From Callorhinchus milii (taxonomy: Eukaryota): DNA of 64,000 bases. Position numbers and translations under genes: made by a program. Positions 1-11,540 of the stretch are shown piece by piece. How positions within the stretch are numbered: position 1 is the stretch's first letter; each line of letters begins with the position of its first letter. The notes below the pieces were generated by a model that saw nothing but the letters and a program-made list of their open reading frames with translations, did no database searches and was not told the origin of the DNA. The stretch is taken from the NCBI RefSeq assembly GCF_018977255.1, contig NW_024704742.1, forward strand, positions 94,366,001 through 94,430,000. Reading direction: 5' to 3'.

Positions 1-1137
1 GCTATCAAACAACAACAACTTGTAATTATATAGCACCCCTCACGCAGAGTAGAGTCCCAGAGCACTTTCTACCATCTATCCACTGTCTACCTTCTGAGCT
101 GAGCTAGGTAATCGCAGCTGGTAATAAAGCTACGATATGGCCCCATGTCTCTGGGCTAGATGGGTGGGTGGAAGAGAAGTTAAGCAAAGTCAGTAATTTC
201 CTGCCTCCAGTCACGACCTAATGCTCATCTATGAATGATTTAAGAGAATGGACATTGCTTTCTCAAAAAAGGGCTTCCATGGTTACAAATGACAAATTAA
301 CTGACCTCAATCTGGTATTGCTGTTGAACTCACCAACAGGTGGCACTGAGTAACCTGAGGAGGATTCCCCCTTATGGTAAGTGCCTCGTCTCCACTTGGC
401 ACCTCTCCACAGTGCACGTCCGTACTGCGACTGAGTACATGGGAGTGGCTGACACCAGCATAGCTCCTCCTGCTCCAGAGCAACTAGTGCTTCTCCACTA
501 ACACTCCAGCTGCCAAGTTATCTCTTTCAGTTCAGTATTGAAACAGTACCGTGGAGCTCAAGGGATTGAACACAAATTTAAGTTGAGTAACAGGATCCTC
601 TGATGCTTTTGAACAATATTTGATCAAATCCCTAGCCTGCATACATCCTTTGGTCATGTAAAAAGGCAATGTGAAACATAACTGGTTTAACCTATATGAG
701 CCATGGCCTGTCAAAATGATTTCTGAACGAGATTAAGTGGATACATTATGAGCGGCAGCACTGAGCACAATGTCAGCAAACCAGATCCAGGGGCAGAATG
801 GCTGAAAACTCACTCATCGATAGTGGAGTTGAAATGGGGGCGGGGTTGCAATAGGCTGAGTGGAGGGAGCGAGCGTATAGCATAGATAGGGTGCCAGAAT
901 AATCACACTGTGAGTACGCAAACCTGCTGTGTTTTAGCCCCACCTCCCCCCCCCCACACACACACAAATGAGACACTGCTATCTACTTTTACCTACTTTT
1001 ATCAAAGAAGTTGAAGAAGGGAAACACTCTAGTCATTAAATCAACAGTTGCTGCACATATCTAATGCAACAATATGATGGAAGTCTGTGAAGTAATTCTG
1101 GAAACTCCGCACTGAGTCGTGTGGGTGAAACTCGTAC

Positions 1138-1335
1138 CTATGGGTTCCCCAGCCGGGATCAGAGATTTCAGGAAATTGAGCCAAAAGGTCACTTGATTCA
1201 GTTGCGTTTCGTACGGTTCCTCGAGACTGAACAGCACCATGTGGACAGCAGTGGGATCATTCACAGCAAAGTAATCATAACAGCAGTAGTAGACTGGATT
1301 GCCAGAGAACTCCCAGATGTTGAAATCACCAACTC
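1138..1335 (-). CDS. DAPK1: DAPK1 exon 22-equivalent: ROC domain (WEFSG motif)
   Basis: GVGDFNIWEFSGNPVYYCCYDYFAVNDPTAVHMVLFSLEEPYETQLNQVTFWLNFLKSLIPAGEPI; acceptor tttcag, donor gtacga; 198 nt. Confidence 0.96.
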
Positions 1336-1932
1336 CTGAAAATAACATTGAAAATGTTCACTCTGAAGTGGCAAATAGCCTTATTAGTGAGAAAAAACAC
1401 AGATCAGCCATGATCTAATTAAATGGCGGAACAGGCTCGAAGGGCTGAACGGCCTCCTCATGTTCCTATGTACAAATCCAACCAAACAAAGGATACTCAC
1501 CAACAATGCAGTATAAATCTAATACATACATATATTTATATATAAAAACAGAGCATGCTTACATTTTTTTTAAGGATCTGGTTTTAGACACGATGGGCTG
1601 AATGGCTCCTTTCTGTGCTCTAAGTGTCAAATTTTCTAAATTTTTTGGTAGTAAAAATCAAATCAATCCATTGCAATGCAAACATTGCTTTTGAATTCAC
1701 AGCAGGATTTATGGTGAGAATGTCTGCACTATAATAATAATAATCCTTGCATTTGATATAGCACCTTATCACGTCTTCTAGACGTCTCAAAGCGCTTCAC
1801 AGAATATACTGTAAAGTGAATTGATTGTATATTTTGTGGGCAAAATGCGGCAGCCAATTGACACAGCAGGCCACTGAAAGGAGTGGCCAGTACAGACAGG
1901 CTTCAGTTTGTGGATAAGTGGTCATTTCCTAC

Positions 1933-2121
1933 CGTTCACGTTGGCATGTTGGATGTCGACAGCTTTGGTGGACTGATCATCAATGGTAGAGTGGTTATTG
2001 TGAGAGGGTGAAACGAATGCTTCCAGCATGCCTTTGGTGAGGCTCGGTTCGAACATCATGCTCCGGCACCTCACACTGACGTTCTCACAGCCAGGGTACA
2101 AATTCGTAATACTCACTGAAA
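1933..2121 (-). CDS. DAPK1: DAPK1 exon 21-equivalent: ROC domain
   Basis: VSVSITNLYPGCENVSVRCRSMMFEPSLTKGMLEAFVSPSHNNHSTIDDQSTKAVDIQHANVN; acceptor tttaag, donor gtagga; 189 nt. Confidence 0.95.
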
Positions 2122-2303
2122 CTTAAACACAGAAATAATCAAAACACGCAAGGCACAAAATAACTGACTTGCAGAACTAGCAGCTGTGGTGAGGGCTCCT
2201 CGTGAGGAAAGGGTAAGGATTTTTTAGAAATAAGTTATCGGAGTTGATCACATTAGCAAGTTTCCACAAGCCTTCCTCTTCATCTGTAGGTTTTCTGCTT
2301 TAC

Positions 2304-2339
2304 AGATGTCTCGGCCCAACACATGGTGGGAAGGCAGAA
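2304..2339 (-). other. Candidate 36-nt in-frame cassette exon of DAPK1 (unverified)
   Basis: First AG after a ~160-nt AG-free pyrimidine tract; CTAAC just upstream; T|gtaaag donor; phase 1-1; no stop codon; would add VLPSHHVLGRDI. Confidence 0.35.
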
Positions 2340-2364
2340 CTTGGGGAGGGTTGTTAGGTGAAAG

Positions 2365-2500
2365 GGGAGGGAGAGTGTGCGCAAGAGAGAGAGAGACAGA
2401 GAAAAACAGAGAGGGAGCATGAGAGAGAGGGAGAGAGAGAGAGCGCAAGAGAGAAAGAAAGAGATCAAAAGAGAACAATAGATCGAGCAAGTAAGAGAGA
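2365..2500. repeat. GA-rich low-complexity tract (UC-rich on the DAPK1 transcript)
   Basis: Imperfect (GA)n. Confidence 0.9.
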
Positions 2501-2924
2501 CCCTTTTCAACAGGCATGTTGACAGACTGGCCTGGTAATAGACTACTGGATCATGGCAGAACCAGACAAAAAACACAGTAAAATCTATCTTCTAACTTGC
2601 TGAATATCAGAGAGGGGTGGAAGGAGGGTGGGTGGGAGGAGAAAGAGTTGCACCTTCAGCACATTTAAGAGGTCGATCATTGTGTTCATCGTCACAAGGT
2701 TGCTAAATTTAGCACATCACAATTTTCATCCATAATTTTCAGTTTGGCATATAGCATTGACTGCATGTTAGGGTTAAAAATTAACCATTAATGTTAAATA
2801 TTTATGAGCAAAAGGCAGCAAACCATGACAATTACTCTGTTCTCGTCCTTTTGGACCCTTTCTCTTATCTTCTACTGCATAAACTTTGACAGGATTAAAT
2901 TAAAGTGGGAGTTGAGTTGTAGAG

Positions 2925-3168
2925 TCTGGGACATTGTTGGCCAGGGCACTGGGGGAAAAGATCACTTTCTTTTCAAATTGTGCCTGAGATCTTTACTGTC
3001 CACCTGAAAGAACAAATGTTCTCTTATAAGCAAAATCAAATGCAGCGATCTCCCAATACTGACGGCACTGGAGTGTCAGCCTGGGTTAAGAACTCAAGTC
3101 CCATTGTGGGGCTTTAACGTACAACTTTCTGACCCAGAGGCATGAGTACTGCCAACTGTGCCAGACTG
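2925..3168 (-). mobile_element. Deu-domain SINE fragment
   Basis: tcaggtggacagtaaagatctcaggcacaatttgaaaag core and tRNA-like head on the minus strand. Confidence 0.65.
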
Positions 3169-3570
3169 ACGATGTCTAACTGTCCCCTTGCCTTTGGGGC
3201 GGGGCTGTAAACTGAACAGACAGAGCTATCAGCAGTACTTTGGTGCTATGAGAAAGCTACAACTCACCTCCACAGGCAACAGCAACATTCTTACCACATT
3301 TCGTTTTCAAACTGGCCATGCACTGAGAGAGACATGAAGCACTTAAGAACATATGAATTTGTTAGATGAAAGAAGACACAGGTCTATCCAGTTCGCCTTC
3401 CACCATTCTAGCAGTTGCTAAAGATATTACTTCCTAAAATAAATCCAGCTAATTTGAAAGAATTAACACTATTTCCACAGATGTGCTGCAACACCAAGGA
3501 ACAGCTCTGCCATGATAAATGCCAGAGCACAACAAATGGTTAGTTTGATGTTGCAAGAAGGACAAAATAC

Positions 3571-3793
3571 CTGATGGTTTTGACGATGAAGGGGAGGGTG
3601 GATAGCGAGTCGAGTTGGTGGATGAGAGACGAGGCCTGCGTCTCTTGAAGAAGCTTCGCAGTAGCCCGCACTTGAGAGATTCGATGAGTGTGGTCTTCCC
3701 TGACCCTGTGTGTCCGAACAGCTTGAGTTTTATTCGGAGCTGGGAGTTCTGAGTCGGCCTGAGCTGCTGAATGAAGATTCCTCTGTGCGTATC
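3571..3793 (-). CDS. DAPK1: DAPK1 exon 20-equivalent: ROC P-loop and ERK-site (PPSP) region
   Basis: DTHRGIFIQQLRPTQNSQLRIKLKLFGHTGSGKTTLIESLKCGLLRSFFKRRRPRLSSTNSTRYPPSPSSSKPS; Walker A motif GHTGSGKT; acceptor ctctag, donor gtattt; 223 nt. Confidence 0.96.
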
Positions 3794-4101
3794 CTAGAGC
3801 AACAGCAAAATCAACACAAGGTTCACTTCTTGACACGGAGCCCTGTACATATACCACCAGTAAGTGACACTAATAAAACACTTGCTTAAAAGTGCTCATC
3901 TCTGAAGCAATGTATCTTGATAATCTATGAAAATAAACATCCCAACAAGAACAACTTGCATTCTACATAGCACCTTTCAAATGGGGTAGCATCTCAGAGC
4001 ATTGGCTTAAGTTTGACTCATTTATATTCATATAGAGAATATTTAGAATATTAACCATTCTAGACAAGTATCAGTCCAGTCTTTTATTGCATGAATAACA
4101 T

Positions 4102-4486
4102 GGAGTCCTGTAGCGTAGTGGTTAGAGCACTTGCCTCGGAAGCAAGAGGATCTGGGTTTGATTCATGGCAAGGCGAATTTCCTTAGTCCACATGCCTCTG
4201 TTCACCTAGCTAATAATTAGGAACCCAGCTATTAGTCGATTGGCGGATCGCTTTGCTGGGGGTAATAATCCCTTGATACATTTTTTTTTAAATTGTAATA
4301 ATTTGGTCACTCAATCCACAACTGTCTTTGGGACACTTCTGTGCACATTTGGCTGCTACATTTCACCCACAAAAGATACAGTCAATTCACTTAACATGCC
4401 CATCTCGAAGACATATTCTATGAAACGCTTTGAGACGTCTCGAAGACGTGATAAGGCGCTATATCAAATGCAGCAATTATTATTAT
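4102..4486 (+). mobile_element. tRNA-derived SINE, longer/older subfamily
   Basis: Same head and tail plus an extra central segment (tgttcacctagc...gtcgattggcggatcgct) shared with 44603-44947 and about 33670-33930. Confidence 0.85.
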
Positions 4487-5381
4487 AAGAGAGAGGTATT
4501 GCATGCATGAACATATCTGAAGAGAAAAGATGGAAAAGCAGTTCAGTTTTGATCCAGTAGGTGTCAATATTCATACATGGATTGTCATCCCTCTTGCTCG
4601 ACAGACATGAATATATTGCAACACAAAAGTCCCAATTGCTTCCTGCCTCACAAATGATCACCTGTGGGAACTGTGCATATAAATGACATTATTTGGAAAA
4701 ACAGCTACATACTGTAACTGCAGCTGGGCCTCAATCATTACAAATGTCTACTGAACTCCTGAGATGAACGTGCTTGCCATTCACTGTGAGCACTGCTTTC
4801 CTCTGGGTTTTTCAATTTGAAAGGTTTTCTGTCAATGTGCGAGAGAAAAAAAAACTCTTGCTACTGTGCTGCAAAGGCATCTAACTCTACAAATGAGGGT
4901 CAGGAAGTATTGGTGGGCTGGGGGGGGGGGAGATGGGAAATGAGATAAGCTAGCGCGCAAGAAAAGAATTCTCCTGAGAGCCTTACAAATATTATTGTGG
5001 AACAATGTTGTGTGCAAATTATCGCCTGGGTTCACCTACAAAAGAACTTTGAGATGTCTTCCAAATGTGAAAGGCCCTACATCACATGCAAAGATTATTA
5101 TTATATGTAAAATGCCAAAAAATAGCAGAATAACTGGATCTGGATTAATGCCCAAGGAGGTTCTGAGTTACATTTGTGAAGGGGAGGGGCAAGAAAAGGA
5201 GCAAAATTTGGAAGTATCCTGTTATTTTCCTGCATCTAAATTTCAGGTTCAACCACCAGTCTCTTATAGAGTAGCACATTCACAGGCACGACAGCGGGAG
5301 GGAGAAAAGTGTGAGCTGCCGGAATGTCATACAGGAAGGGTTGTCAACACATGTACCCTAGCGAGGACCCTCACAAGTTAC

Positions 5382-5459
5382 CTTTTTAAGCCTGGCAAGT
5401 AGGTTGGCAACCTGTTCGTGCTGCTCGGTTCTGGCGAGATCTTCTGCCGTTCTCCCATC
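5382..5459 (-). CDS. DAPK1: DAPK1 exon 19-equivalent: last ankyrin-like segment
   Basis: DGRTAEDLARTEQHEQVANLLARLKK; acceptor tgacag, donor gtaact; 78 nt. Confidence 0.95.
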
Positions 5460-6016
5460 CTGTCAGAACACACAGCAATCAATGCAATTAGTTATCACTT
5501 CAGATTTAAACATGTGAAGAATGACGTTCAACAGTCTGGGGAGCTTATTTTCTCTCTCTCTCGGGCTGGAATAGGAGAGATGGCAGATTGAGAGTCAGCT
5601 GAGGGCTGCTGAGCAAAACCACTGCCAGCAAGATCCTGAAATGAACCAGATTTAGTGAACTGACTGCATAATAATTAACTCCCATTCCTGCTTTAAATAC
5701 AGTATTTCTTCAGCAGTGCATAACTGTAATTGTAAAATAAAAGTCCGCAGAGAACAAGAGAGAAGAAAAATATCTCTGTACAAAAAGGAAATCTGATTAT
5801 TGCTCAGGGTACTACATAGCAGGAACATTCAGGATTTTTACCCTTAACAGCAGTAACTGAATGCAACTTACATTTTCCGGGACTACAGAAGCAGATGAAC
5901 TAGTCTAGTCCATCACATGCGCTGTGCCCACTGTGTAATAGTTCAGATGCCCAGTAACATTGCAGTAACATTGAGTTCATTTTGGTGATGCCTTCAGGCT
6001 TTGGTCAAGCTGTACT

Positions 6017-6282
6017 ATTTTAGCTGGTTGAACTCCAGCAGTACACTAACGCACACTCTGGGGCCCTCCCCAAGCCTTGGTTCTTGTCAAGTTGCACCAA
6101 ATACTCTCCGGAATTAGGTAAGCAGGATGCGTCCTTCTGGGGAGAGAATATGTTTTCTCTTCCAGACGCAGGGAAATTTCCATGTGTAGGTGGCATACAT
6201 ATGTGGAACACTCAATCTGGTGTGGATACTCTTTAAGCATGGTGATGGGTTTCTGGGTGTGCAGATATTCAGCTAACCAAAA
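6017..6282 (+). repeat. Unclassified dispersed repeat, copy 1
   Basis: Aligns by eye to the reverse complement of 58563-58822 and to 43455-43640. Confidence 0.75.
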
Positions 6283-6769
6283 AGAGGAAAACAAGTTGTT
6301 TTGGATAGTCCAAAGATTTCAGACTTGTAATTTGTGTGCGATGAATACTGCCTTCCCAGGTTATTCATGGGATACAGTCCAGCAACAGCTGTGTTTGTTC
6401 AGTATCTGTTGAATAAGCTCAGAACGACTGTATTCTACAGTGCTCAATAATGACCCTCTCGGAGAAGGAATTTGGGCTTTTCAGTCAGTTTGGGCAACAT
6501 CAATGTATTCAGAAGCTGGGAAGAGATTTGAAAACGTATTTTAATTTTGTTCCTAATAAATAATGGAATGTGTTCAAGAATAATGTAATTTGGATCCTCC
6601 CCCATAATAATATCTACATTATTCCAGTCACCTCTTGCCCACTTCAGCAGGAACCTGCACACAAGCAGTCACTATTAAAGGTCAGAAATCACAAGGCCTG
6701 GGTTGGACTTTGAACTCCCACAGGTTTAGTGAATTAAGAGCAACAATCTTATCAAGAATGACTTGATTA

Positions 6770-7110
6770 AAATAGAGGCATTAGCCTTGATGAGAAGCAT
6801 CTCAGAGGATAACTTAAGAGTTGTTATACAGATGCTAAATGGGATAAGGTAAACCTAGATCAATGCTTTCAGATACACCAAGCAGAACAACAGAGCACAG
6901 CGAGTGAAAGGCAAGTTCAAGTCAGACACCAGGAAGTATTTATTTACACAGAAGTCAATCAACTGGTGGAACAGGTTCCCAGGAAAGGTAGTAGAGGCCA
7001 GGGAACTAGATTTGTTTAACTAACAGTTTTAACGTAATGGGAAAATGGCAAGGTTGGCAGTATTTCTGTAAGGATGAGATCAAATGGACTGAACCTCTGC
7101 TGTGATCTTA
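6770..7110 (+). mobile_element. Highly decayed CR1 3' fragment
   Basis: Recognisable remnants of the LExRRLRGDL and FTQRVVNxWNxLP coding pattern. Confidence 0.6.
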
Positions 7111-7637
7111 GGGATAGATACGCACACACCTGTGTGAGCAAGAAACCACGTGCCAGTTTGTGTGTCTTACAAATGAAATGTAATAAGCTCCATTTAAAAG
7201 CTTGTCAGGGATCAGCAATTTTAAAAAAAAAACTATTGGATCACATAAAACGCTATTTGTTTAGATAAATGTGTTTAGAATTCCCACGCTGCCTTTAGTA
7301 GACAATTCTGGCTGGAACACTTATAATGTAAAACTATTGGTATGGTGCTTCGTAACCTCTCTACCCACCCCTTGCTCCACTCCACTTATTTTAGTTCAGT
7401 CATTAGTTTTCTGCCAAACGCATCTGCTTACTTCTAAGCGATTTAATCTGAACAGGATCTAATAAGGATCATGTTCCTCTTGCACCCTGGGTTAAATGAA
7501 CATTCCAGCTGCACTGAACCCTCTTGATATTTACATTTAAAAAAATTGAAAGTAAAAAAACCTTTGTAAAAAAAAAGCAAAAAAACCTTTGTAAATTATT
7601 CTCTCCTTTTCTAGACACTTGAGTAATTTTTCCTTTT

Positions 7638-7927
7638 AATAATAATCCTTGCATTTGATATAACGCTTTTCACGTCTTCTAGACATCTCAAAGCGCTTCA
7701 CAGAATAGACTGTAAAGTGAATTGACTGTATATTTGTGGGTGAAACGCGGCAGCTAATTGTGCACAGCAGTGTCCACAAACAGTCGTGGATTAAAGTGAC
7801 CAATTTATTATTGTTTTTTTTGAGGAATTATTATTAGGTGTGTGGAGTAAGGAAACTGCCCAAGGGAATCGAACTAAAGTCTCTTGCTTGAGAGGCGAGT
7901 GCTCTAACCACTGATCTACAGGACTCC
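7638..7927 (-). mobile_element. Full-length tRNA-derived SINE
   Basis: Same head and tail as the other copies of this family. Confidence 0.88.
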
Positions 7928-7944
7928 ACTTTTAATTGGGTTCC

Positions 7945-8225
7945 ACAGTAGCTCACCTAGTTGTTATTTTCACGTGCGAGTCTGGACAGTGAGTGTTGAG
8001 ATTATGAGTGGGGGGAGAAATCGACTGACCCCAAACCCACGTCTACTCAATGTCTGTCCGCACATGTACCGAGCAGCTGGTATCTCTGGATAGCAACTGT
8101 ACCCAAGCAGTAGCCAGGGGTTGAGATGGGGGAGGAGAGAAAGTAGCCAAAATGAAAGGTTTCAATTATTGCACATTTGCTGAGCTGCTGAAATCAAATC
8201 CTGACTGTGAGGAAGAAAGGTATTC
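7945..8225 (-). mobile_element. Ancient LF-SINE-like relic
   Basis: Minus strand acactcactgtccagactcgcacgtgaaaataacaactaggtgag resembles the LF-SINE 3' region as I recall it; related remnants near 14255-14370, 22720-22940 and 36465-36530. Confidence 0.5.
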
Positions 8226-8365
8226 TGTGACAAACACAAATCTGAAATGCAGGGAACCTGTCTTTCAGATCCCACTGGTTCGATAAAATACACGATCAGA
8301 CATCCATGGTTACAAATAGGTTTCAGTGTTCACCTAGTGTTTGTTACAGCAGCAAACAGACTCCC

Positions 8366-9096
8366 AAAGCAATCAGGAACCTCGGTGTTCTGTTCGACCC
8401 TGAGCTGTCCTTTCTTCCCCACATCCGCGCCACAGCTGGCACCGCCTTCCACCACCTCCGGAACATCGCCAGACTACCGCACTACCTCACCCCTCACGCT
8501 GCTGAAACTCTGGTCCACGCCTTTATCGCCTCAAGGCTGGACTACGGGAACTCTCTCCTCGTCGGCCTTCCCGGCAGCTCCCTGCACAAGCTGCAGGTCA
8601 TTCAGAACCAGGCTTCGCGACCACATCATTCACACCCTCGCTCGCCTCCACTGGCTTCCCATCCCCCAGAGGATTGAATTCAAGGTCCTCATCCTCACCT
8701 ACAAGGCCATTCACGGCCTTGCACCCTCCTACTTCTCCGACCTACTATCCCCCTACTTACCTGCCCGTACCCTCCGTTCCTCTGGCTCCAGTCTGCTCCA
8801 CACCCCCCGCCCTACCATCAGTGGCCGGGCTTTCAGCCTCTCAGCCCCTAGGCTCTGGAACTCCATTCCCCAGTGCTTTCGCCGCCTCCTCCCTTTCCTC
8901 CTTCAAGGCCGGTCTCAAGACCTTTCTCTTCAACCGTGCCTTCACCTCCCCTCTCGACTCTCTAGCCCCTCCTCGCTCCCTCCCTTCCCTCCCCCTGACC
9001 ATTTCTCCCCTGCTCAGGTCCCGACCCAACTGTCCAGCGCCTTGGGACGTCCTCCCGACGTGAAAGGCGCTCTATAAATACAATCTTGTTGTTGTT
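8366..9096 (+). mobile_element. L2-clade LINE 3' fragment
   Basis: RNLGVLFDPELSF, HAFIASRLDYGNSLL and LHWLPIPQRIEFKVL; 3' stem-loop gcgccttgggacgtcctcccgacgtgaaaggcgc plus (TTG)n. Confidence 0.92.
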
Positions 9097-10330
9097 CATG
9101 CAGAATATTTGCTCTACCCGCTTATATGAACACATCTCAGTTGTAATTAAAACATTGTGTGATCAATAGATTCACATCCCTTAACTGTTGCCAGTAATGC
9201 AGTATAACTGGCAAGACTCCATCAGTGAGAGAGCTCTCAAATGGATTCAACCTTCTGGGTACCCGATACTACAAAGACTGAAAAATATACAGCAAACAGA
9301 ACACAACTAAATGATGTGCTATGCATTTTATAATAAGCTGGTCAACAAAGCAGTCAAGTGATCTGCTCCTTGGCTCTCTGCAGCAGTGACATGAGGAGCA
9401 TCAATCTGTCTACTCATTTCCCTCTACCAAGTATTCACAGCCCTTTCACCCCCTGCCTCGAATGAGTTCATGAACACGATATACCCGTTTTGGGCACATA
9501 ATGCATGAGGCATTTTGTTTTGGTGCGTGAAATGGCACACATGGTATCCGGCTGCACCTCATTGAAAAGACAGGCATCTCACGTGTGTAGATTTCCCACT
9601 GCTTGTCCAGCTAGGACCACCCAACCCGTTAGAGCTTTGACTTGCAGGGTTAACAGGAGCTGAGTGGAATGGCGCCCTACCCCCAGTGAGGTCTGCCTTT
9701 CCAGGCCCTGCCGATGAGCCAGGCTGGCTGTGCTGTCATCAGCAGTGCCCTGGAATACTGCGGACTCACCCGGCTCAGGAACTGGATTACCAAGACTGCC
9801 ACAGAGGGCTGGCTCGATTCCGACATTCCATTGCCAGACATATCATGGCTGCTAATAACACAGAAAACCTCAGAGAAACTGGACTCAGGTTATCAACGAG
9901 CAAGTCAGGTTTCCCAGAGCACAACATATCCTGTGCAGGTACACCAAGCCACAGGCAATTTATTTGTTTAATTTCTACATTTTGAACACAACAATGGGAA
10001 GTTAAAGAAAAAGGAGTACTGGAAACTCCTACGTTCAATATTCAACAGTTTAAATATTTGTGGAATCTGCCACATTTTTTTCCTCGGGTCAGTCAAGTGT
10101 CTGATGCCTATTACCAGTAACAGTATCTACAACCGACTGAGTTCTACATTTGTATGCCACCTACGCATGGAACATATTTTTAAACTTACGTACAAATTCT
10201 ACCTGAAAATAAGAGGCTTGGGCTTCCTGAATGCCATCCTAAGAAATATGCCATACAATTAGAAGCAATGGATTCAAGTTATTTGTGTTGATGTAGGACA
10301 ATGTAAAAAGTACCTATTCAATGCACTTAC

Positions 10331-10429
10331 TAAACTAACAGCTTCCACAATAGCACCAGCAAGGCAGAGGTGGCGGATGACATCAAGGCTCCCGATATTA
10401 GCAGCAAGGTGTAAAGGTGTTCGTCCATA
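10331..10429 (-). CDS. DAPK1: DAPK1 exon 18-equivalent: ankyrin repeat
   Basis: YGRTPLHLAANIGSLDVIRHLCLAGAIVEAVSL; acceptor ttgcag, donor gtaagt; 99 nt. Confidence 0.95.
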
Positions 10430-11123
10430 CTGCAACAAGAGGAAAATATGCTTTTTGAAATTGAGGTACTATCATAGGCAGCACAGCTTAAAACAACAGT
10501 ATTTGTGCCACATTACAATTTTTCCTTCATCCAGCTGAAATACGCTGCAACCACAAAGTATGCTGCATCACTAAGTTCAGCAGCATTGAACCGAACACCA
10601 CCTAAATCAACGATTCTACATCTAGACTACAAGGTCGGAGGTTTAATTTCCTGTCTGAGCTGTGGTTTAGCGAATATGAAATGTTAGGCTGTCTTCCTCT
10701 TTCAGGTTCCAATTGACCTGCAGTGTATTTTCAGGCTTTTCTATTTTGAATCACTAATTTCCAGCATCAAGGTTTTCACTTTTTAATCTTCAGCACTTTG
10801 ACTGACTACAAGATACTGGCTAGCTGCATCTCTGCTTTGTCAGAAGAGGGTGGGGGCAGTTCAAATATTTATCAAATGAAACAAAGGACTCGAATGTTGC
10901 CTGTAATTTAACGACTGATATTTAACTTTATACGGAGATTTTCAAATTCTAGGGTCAATTTTGTGTTATTTCTTAACTAAGAAAATCTGTGACACTGATC
11001 CATAGGAAACTCCACTCCAACAACTCTTTTTGGAGTGATGCATTTTCTGTTACCATAGGGAGTTCCCACTCAAATTTCTTAATTGAAAAATCGATAAGGA
11101 ACTCTGCAAAATTGTATGCATCA

Positions 11124-11540
11124 GCCTGGCTATCATTCTTGCCTCTGAGTCAGAGCAGTCTGGATTCAAGCCCCACACTGGGACTTAACTCATAATCGAG
11201 GCTGATATTCCAGTGGAGTGCTGGGAAAGCACTGTGTGGTCAGAAATTCCCACCATCAGATGAAGTATTAAACTGAGGTCCTGTCTGCCCATTCGGGTAG
11301 ACATTAAAGATCCCATTGTACTATTCGAAAAGAAAAGTGAAATCCTGGCTAACAATCCTCCAAATAAAATTGGTCGAACATCTCATAGCTGTCGTGGGTT
11401 AGTGCTAGTTATTATTATGCACAAATTGGCTGCCGTGCTCGCCTACAAAACTCACAGTCACTACACTTTATGGTAAAATCCTGTGAAATGTTGAGAGTTG
11501 CCTTTGCAACTTGATAAGGTACAAATGCAAGGATTATTAT
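11124..11540 (+). mobile_element. Deu-domain SINE
   Basis: tcagatgaagtattaaactgaggtcctgtctgccc...gacattaaagatccca core; aaatgcaaggattatta tail. Confidence 0.78.

Noticed and set aside
1..1137. Next DAPK1 exon (AFGGKLK-type ROC segment)
   Set aside because: No matching coding sequence seen; it presumably lies beyond the left edge.
2272..2283. 12-nt microexon (ctacag|ATGAAGAGGAAG|gcttgt, encoding DEEE)
   Set aside because: Needs a GC donor with a poor consensus match, and several AGs precede it.
3540..3857. 105-aa minus-strand ORF overlapping exon 20
   Set aside because: Alternative frame of the DAPK1 exon; the frame containing GHTGSGKT is the homologous one.
8247..9077. 276-aa ORF
   Set aside because: Shifts between frames of an L2 3' fragment; the rest is Pro/Ser-rich off-frame sequence.
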